Part shown: positions 59,401-64,000 of the stretch, one piece after another
Layout of the letters: every line of letters starts with the position of its first letter
Numbering within the stretch: the first letter of the stretch is position 1
Assembly: GCA_964016885.1 (NCBI GenBank)
Contig: CAXHJY010000001.1
Coordinates: 124,001-188,000, forward strand
Direction: 5' to 3'
Length of the DNA stretch: 64,000 nucleotides
Source of the DNA: Eledone cirrhosa
Taxonomy: Eukaryota
The notes under the pieces: model-generated
Database searches by the model: none
Seen by the model: the letters and a program-made list of their open reading frames with translations, nothing else
Told to the model about the DNA's origin: nothing
Translations under genes and position numbers: made by a program

Positions 59401-62400
59401 ATGTAACATATCCTCCACATTAATCACCCATGTCACACTACCATGTAACATAACCTCCATATTCATCACCCATGACTCACTACCAGAACATATCCTCCAC
59501 ATTCATCACCCATGTCTCACTACCATAACATATCCTCCACATTCATCACCCATGCCACACTATCATGTAACATAACCTCTACATTCATCTCCCATGTCAC
59601 ACTACCATGTAACACAACCGCCACATTCATCACCCATGTCTCACTACCATAGCATATCCTCCACATTCATCACCCATGTCACACTACCATGTAACATAAC
59701 CTCTACGTTCATCTCCCATGTCTCACTACCATGTAACATAACCTACAAATTCATCCCCATGTCTCGCTACCATAACATAACCTCCACATTCATCACCCAT
59801 GTCTCACTACCATAACATATCCTCCACATTCATCACCCATGTCTAACTACCATAACATATCCTCCACATTAATCACCATATCTCACTACCATGTCTCACT
59901 ACCATAACATATCCTCCACATTCATCACCCATGTCACACTACCATGTAACATAACCTCCACATTCATCACACATGTCTCACTACCATGTAACATAACCTC
60001 TACATTCATCACCCATGTCTCACTACCATTACATGTCCTCCACATTCATCACCCATGTCTCACTACCATGTAACATAACCTCTACATTCATCACCCATGT
60101 CACACTACCATAACATATCTTCCACATTCATCACCCATGTCTCACTACCATGTAACATATCCTCCACATTCATCACCCATGTCTCACTACCATGTAACAT
60201 ATCCTCCACATTCATCACCCATGTCTCACTACCATAACATATCCTCTACATTCATCACCCATGTCACATTACCATGTAACTTAACTTCCACGTTCATCAC
60301 CCATGTCTCACTACCATAACATATCCTCTACATTCATCATACATGTCTCACTACCAGAACATATCCTCCACATTCAACACCCATGTCTCACTACCAGAAC
60401 ATATGCTGCACGTTCATCACCCATGTCTCACTACAATGACATATGCTCCACATTCATCACCCATGTCTCACTACCATAACATATGCTCCACATTCATCAC
60501 CCATGTCTCACCACCATGTAACATACCCTCCACATTCATCACCCATGTCTCACTACCATACAATATCCTCCACATTCATCACCCATGTCACAATACTATG
60601 TAACATATCCTCCACATTAATCACCCATGTCTCACTACCATAACATAACCTCCACATTCATCACAAATGTCTCACTACCATAACATATCCTCCACATTAA
60701 TCACCCATGTCTCACTACCATGTAACATAACCTCCACATTCATCATCCATGTCACACTACCATGGAACGTAACCTGCACATTCATCACCGATGTCTAACT
60801 ACCATAACATAACCTTAACATTCACCACCCATGTCTCACTACCATAACATTTCCTCCAAATTCATCACCCATGTCACACTACCATGTAACAACCTCCACA
60901 TTCATCTCCCATGTCTCACTACCATGTAACATAACCTCCACATTCATCACCCATGTCTCACTACCATACGATATCCTCCACATTCATCACCCATGTCACA
61001 ATACCATGTAAAATATCCTCCACATTAATCACCCATGTCTCACTACCATAACATAACCTCTACATTAATCACCCATGTCTCACTACCATAACATATCCTC
61101 CACATTAATCACCCATGTCTCACTACCATGTAACATAACCTCCACATTCATCATCCATGTCACACTACCATGTAACGTAACCTCCACATTCATCACCCAT
61201 GTCTCACTACCATATCATATCCTCCACATTCATCACCCATGTCTCACTACCATGTAACATAACCTCCACATTCATGACCCGTGTCTCATACCAGAACATA
61301 TCCCCCACATTCATCACCAATGTCTCACTACCATGCAACATAACCTCCACATTCAGCACCCATGTCTCATACCAGAACATATCCTCCACATTCATCACCC
61401 ATGTCACACTACCATGTAACATAATCTCCACATTCATCAACCATGTGTCATACCAGAACATATCCCCCACATTCATTACCCATGTCTCACTGCCATAACA
61501 TAACCTCCACATTCATCACCCCTGTCACACTGCCATGTAACATATCCTCCACATTCATCACCCATATTACATAACCTCCACATTCATCACCCATGTTACA
61601 CTAACATGACATATCCTGCACATTCATCAACCATGTCTCACTACCATATAACATAACCTCCACATTCATCACCGATGTCTCACTACCATGTAACATAACC
61701 TCCACATTCATCACCCATGTGTCACTACCATGTAACATAACCTCCACATTCATCACCCATGTCTCACTACCATAACATAACCTCCACATTCATCACCCAT
61801 GTCTCACTACCATAACATATCCTCTGCATTCATCATACATGTCACACTACCATGTAATATATCCTCCACATTAATCACCCATGTCACACTACCATGTAAC
61901 ATAACCTCCACATTAATCACCCATGTCTCACTACTATGTAACATAACCTCCACATTCATCACCCCTGTCTCACTACCATGTAACATAACCTCCACATTCA
62001 TCACCCATGTCTCACTACCATAACATAACCTCCATATTCATCACCCATGTCTCACTACCATAACATATTCTCCACATTCATCACCCATGTCTCACTACCA
62101 TAACATATCCTCTGCATTCATCATACATGTCACACTACCATGTAATATATCCTCCACATTCATCACCCATGTCACACTACCATGTAACATAACCTCCACA
62201 TTCATCACCCATGTCTCACTACCATGTAACATAACCTCCACATTCATCACCCATGTCTCACTACCATAACATATCCTCCAAATTCATCACCCATGTCTCA
62301 CTACCATAACATAACCTCCACATTCATCACCCATGTCTCACTACCATAACATATCCTCTACATTCATCATACATGTTACACTACCATGTAACATATCCTC

Positions 62401-64000
62401 CACATTCATCACCCATGACTCACTACCATAACATATCCTCCACATTCATCACCCATCTCACACTACCATGTAACATATCCTCTACATTCATCACCCATAT
62501 CTCACTACCATGTCTCACTACCAGAACATATCTTCCACATTCATCACCCATGTCACACTACCATAACATATCCTCTACATTCATCACCCATATCTCACTA
62601 CCATGTAACATATCCTCCACATTCATCACCCATGTCACACTACCATGTAACATATCCTCCACATTCATCACCCATGTCTCACTCCCATAACAATATCCTC
62701 CACATTCATCACCCATGTCTCACTAACTTAACATATCCTCCACATTCATAACCCATGTCTCACTACCATAACATATCCTCCACATTCATCACCCATGTCA
62801 CACTACCATGTAACATATCCTCCACATTCATCACCTATGTCTCACAAAATTAACATATCCTCCACATTCATCACCCATGTCTCACTACCATAACATATCC
62901 TCCACATTCATCACCCATGTCTCACTACCATGTAACATAACCTCCACATTCATCATCCATATCACATTACAATGTAACGTAACCTCCACATTCATCACCC
63001 ATATCTCACTACCATAACATATCCTCCACATTCATCACCAATGTCTCACTACCATGTAACATATCCTCCACATTAATCACCCATGTCACACTACCGTGTA
63101 ACATAACCTCCACATTAATCACCTATGTCTCACTACCATGTAACATAACCTCCACATTCATCACCCCTGTCTCACTACCATGTAACATAACCTCCACATT
63201 CATCACCCATGTCTCACTACCATGTAACATAACCTCCACATTCATCACCCATGTCTCACTACCATAACATATCCTCCACATTCATCGCCTATGTCACACT
63301 ACCATGTAACATATCCTCCACATTCATCACCCATGTCACATTACCATGTAACATAACCTCCACATTCATCACCCATGTCTCACTACCATAACATAACCTC
63401 CACATTCATCACCCATGTCTCACTACCATAACATATCCTCTACATTCATCATACATGTTACACTACCATGTAACATATCCTCTACATTAATTACCCATGT
63501 CTCACTACCATAACATATCCTCCATATTCATCACCCACGTCTCACTACAATAACATATCCTCTACATTCATCACCCATGTCACACTACCATGTAACAACC
63601 TACACATTCATCTCCCATGTAACATAACGTCCACATTCATCACCCATGACTCACTACCATAACATATCCTCCACATTCATCACCCATGCCACACTATCAT
63701 GTAACATAACCTCTACATTCATCTCCCATGTCACACTACCATGTAACACAACCTCCACATTCATCACCCATGTCTCACTACCATAGCATATCCTCCACAT
63801 TCATCACCCATGTCACACTACCATGTAACATAACCTCTACATTCATCTCCCATGTCTCACTACCATGTAACATAACCTACAAATTCATCCCCATATCTCG
63901 CTACCATAACATAACCTCCACATTCATCACCCATGTCTCACTACCATAACATATCCTCCACATTCATCACCTATGTCTAACTACCATAACATATCCTCCA
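38421..64000. repeat. 40/42-bp satellite (ACATA[A/T]CCTCCACATTCATCACCCATGTC[T/A]CACTACCAT[GT]A), LINE-derived, open at window end
   Basis: Continuous mix of 42-bp and 40-bp units. The minus-strand 42-mer translates MLHGSETWVMNVE(V/D). It accounts for all ITHVSLPCNITSTF / HGSETW ORFs. Confidence 0.99.
56541..64000. repeat. Near-identical copy of ~39118-46535 (offset 17423, then 17465 bp)
   Basis: The same series of variant ORFs recurs at constant offset: 39677/57100, 40704/58169, 42878/60343, 44908/62373, 46263/63728. Confidence 0.92.

Noticed and set aside
38655-63949. ORFs with repeated HGSETWVMNVE or ITHVSLPCNITSTF
   Set aside because: These are translations of the 42-bp unit, interrupted every few units by 40-bp frameshifting units. 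They are informative for origin only.
1-64000. CRISPR array or prokaryotic repeat system
   Set aside because: There are no unique spacers between repeats and no cas-like ORFs. The context (spliced exons, LINE, LTR element) is eukaryotic.

Overview
Eukaryotic (probably metazoan) DNA that is about 90% tandem repeat. Positions 1-36740 are a 21-bp minisatellite array (consensus ACCACTAGATACCACTRAACA) with variant-unit higher-order structure. The array is interrupted by two near-identical copies of a 2.68-kb non-coding LTR element (~550-bp LTRs, tRNA-Trp-like PBS, PPT), duplicated together with their flanks as a ~4.5-kb unit. A 1.7-kb unique island (36740-38420) holds two spliced + strand exons (36911-37017 and 37831-38000) that join in frame into the C-terminal half of a FAS1 (fasciclin) domain, so both arrays appear to be giant introns of a fasciclin-family gene. 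Downstream, a decayed minus-strand 3' fragment of an RTE-like LINE (38045-38460) runs directly, in frame, into a 40/42-bp satellite (38421-64000+) whose unit encodes the LINE motif MLHGSETWVMNVE(V/D). This looks like a satellite born in situ from a LINE ORF, with the junction still preserved. Almost all ORFs in the supplied track are translation artefacts of the two repeats. All calls were made by eye, without database searches.
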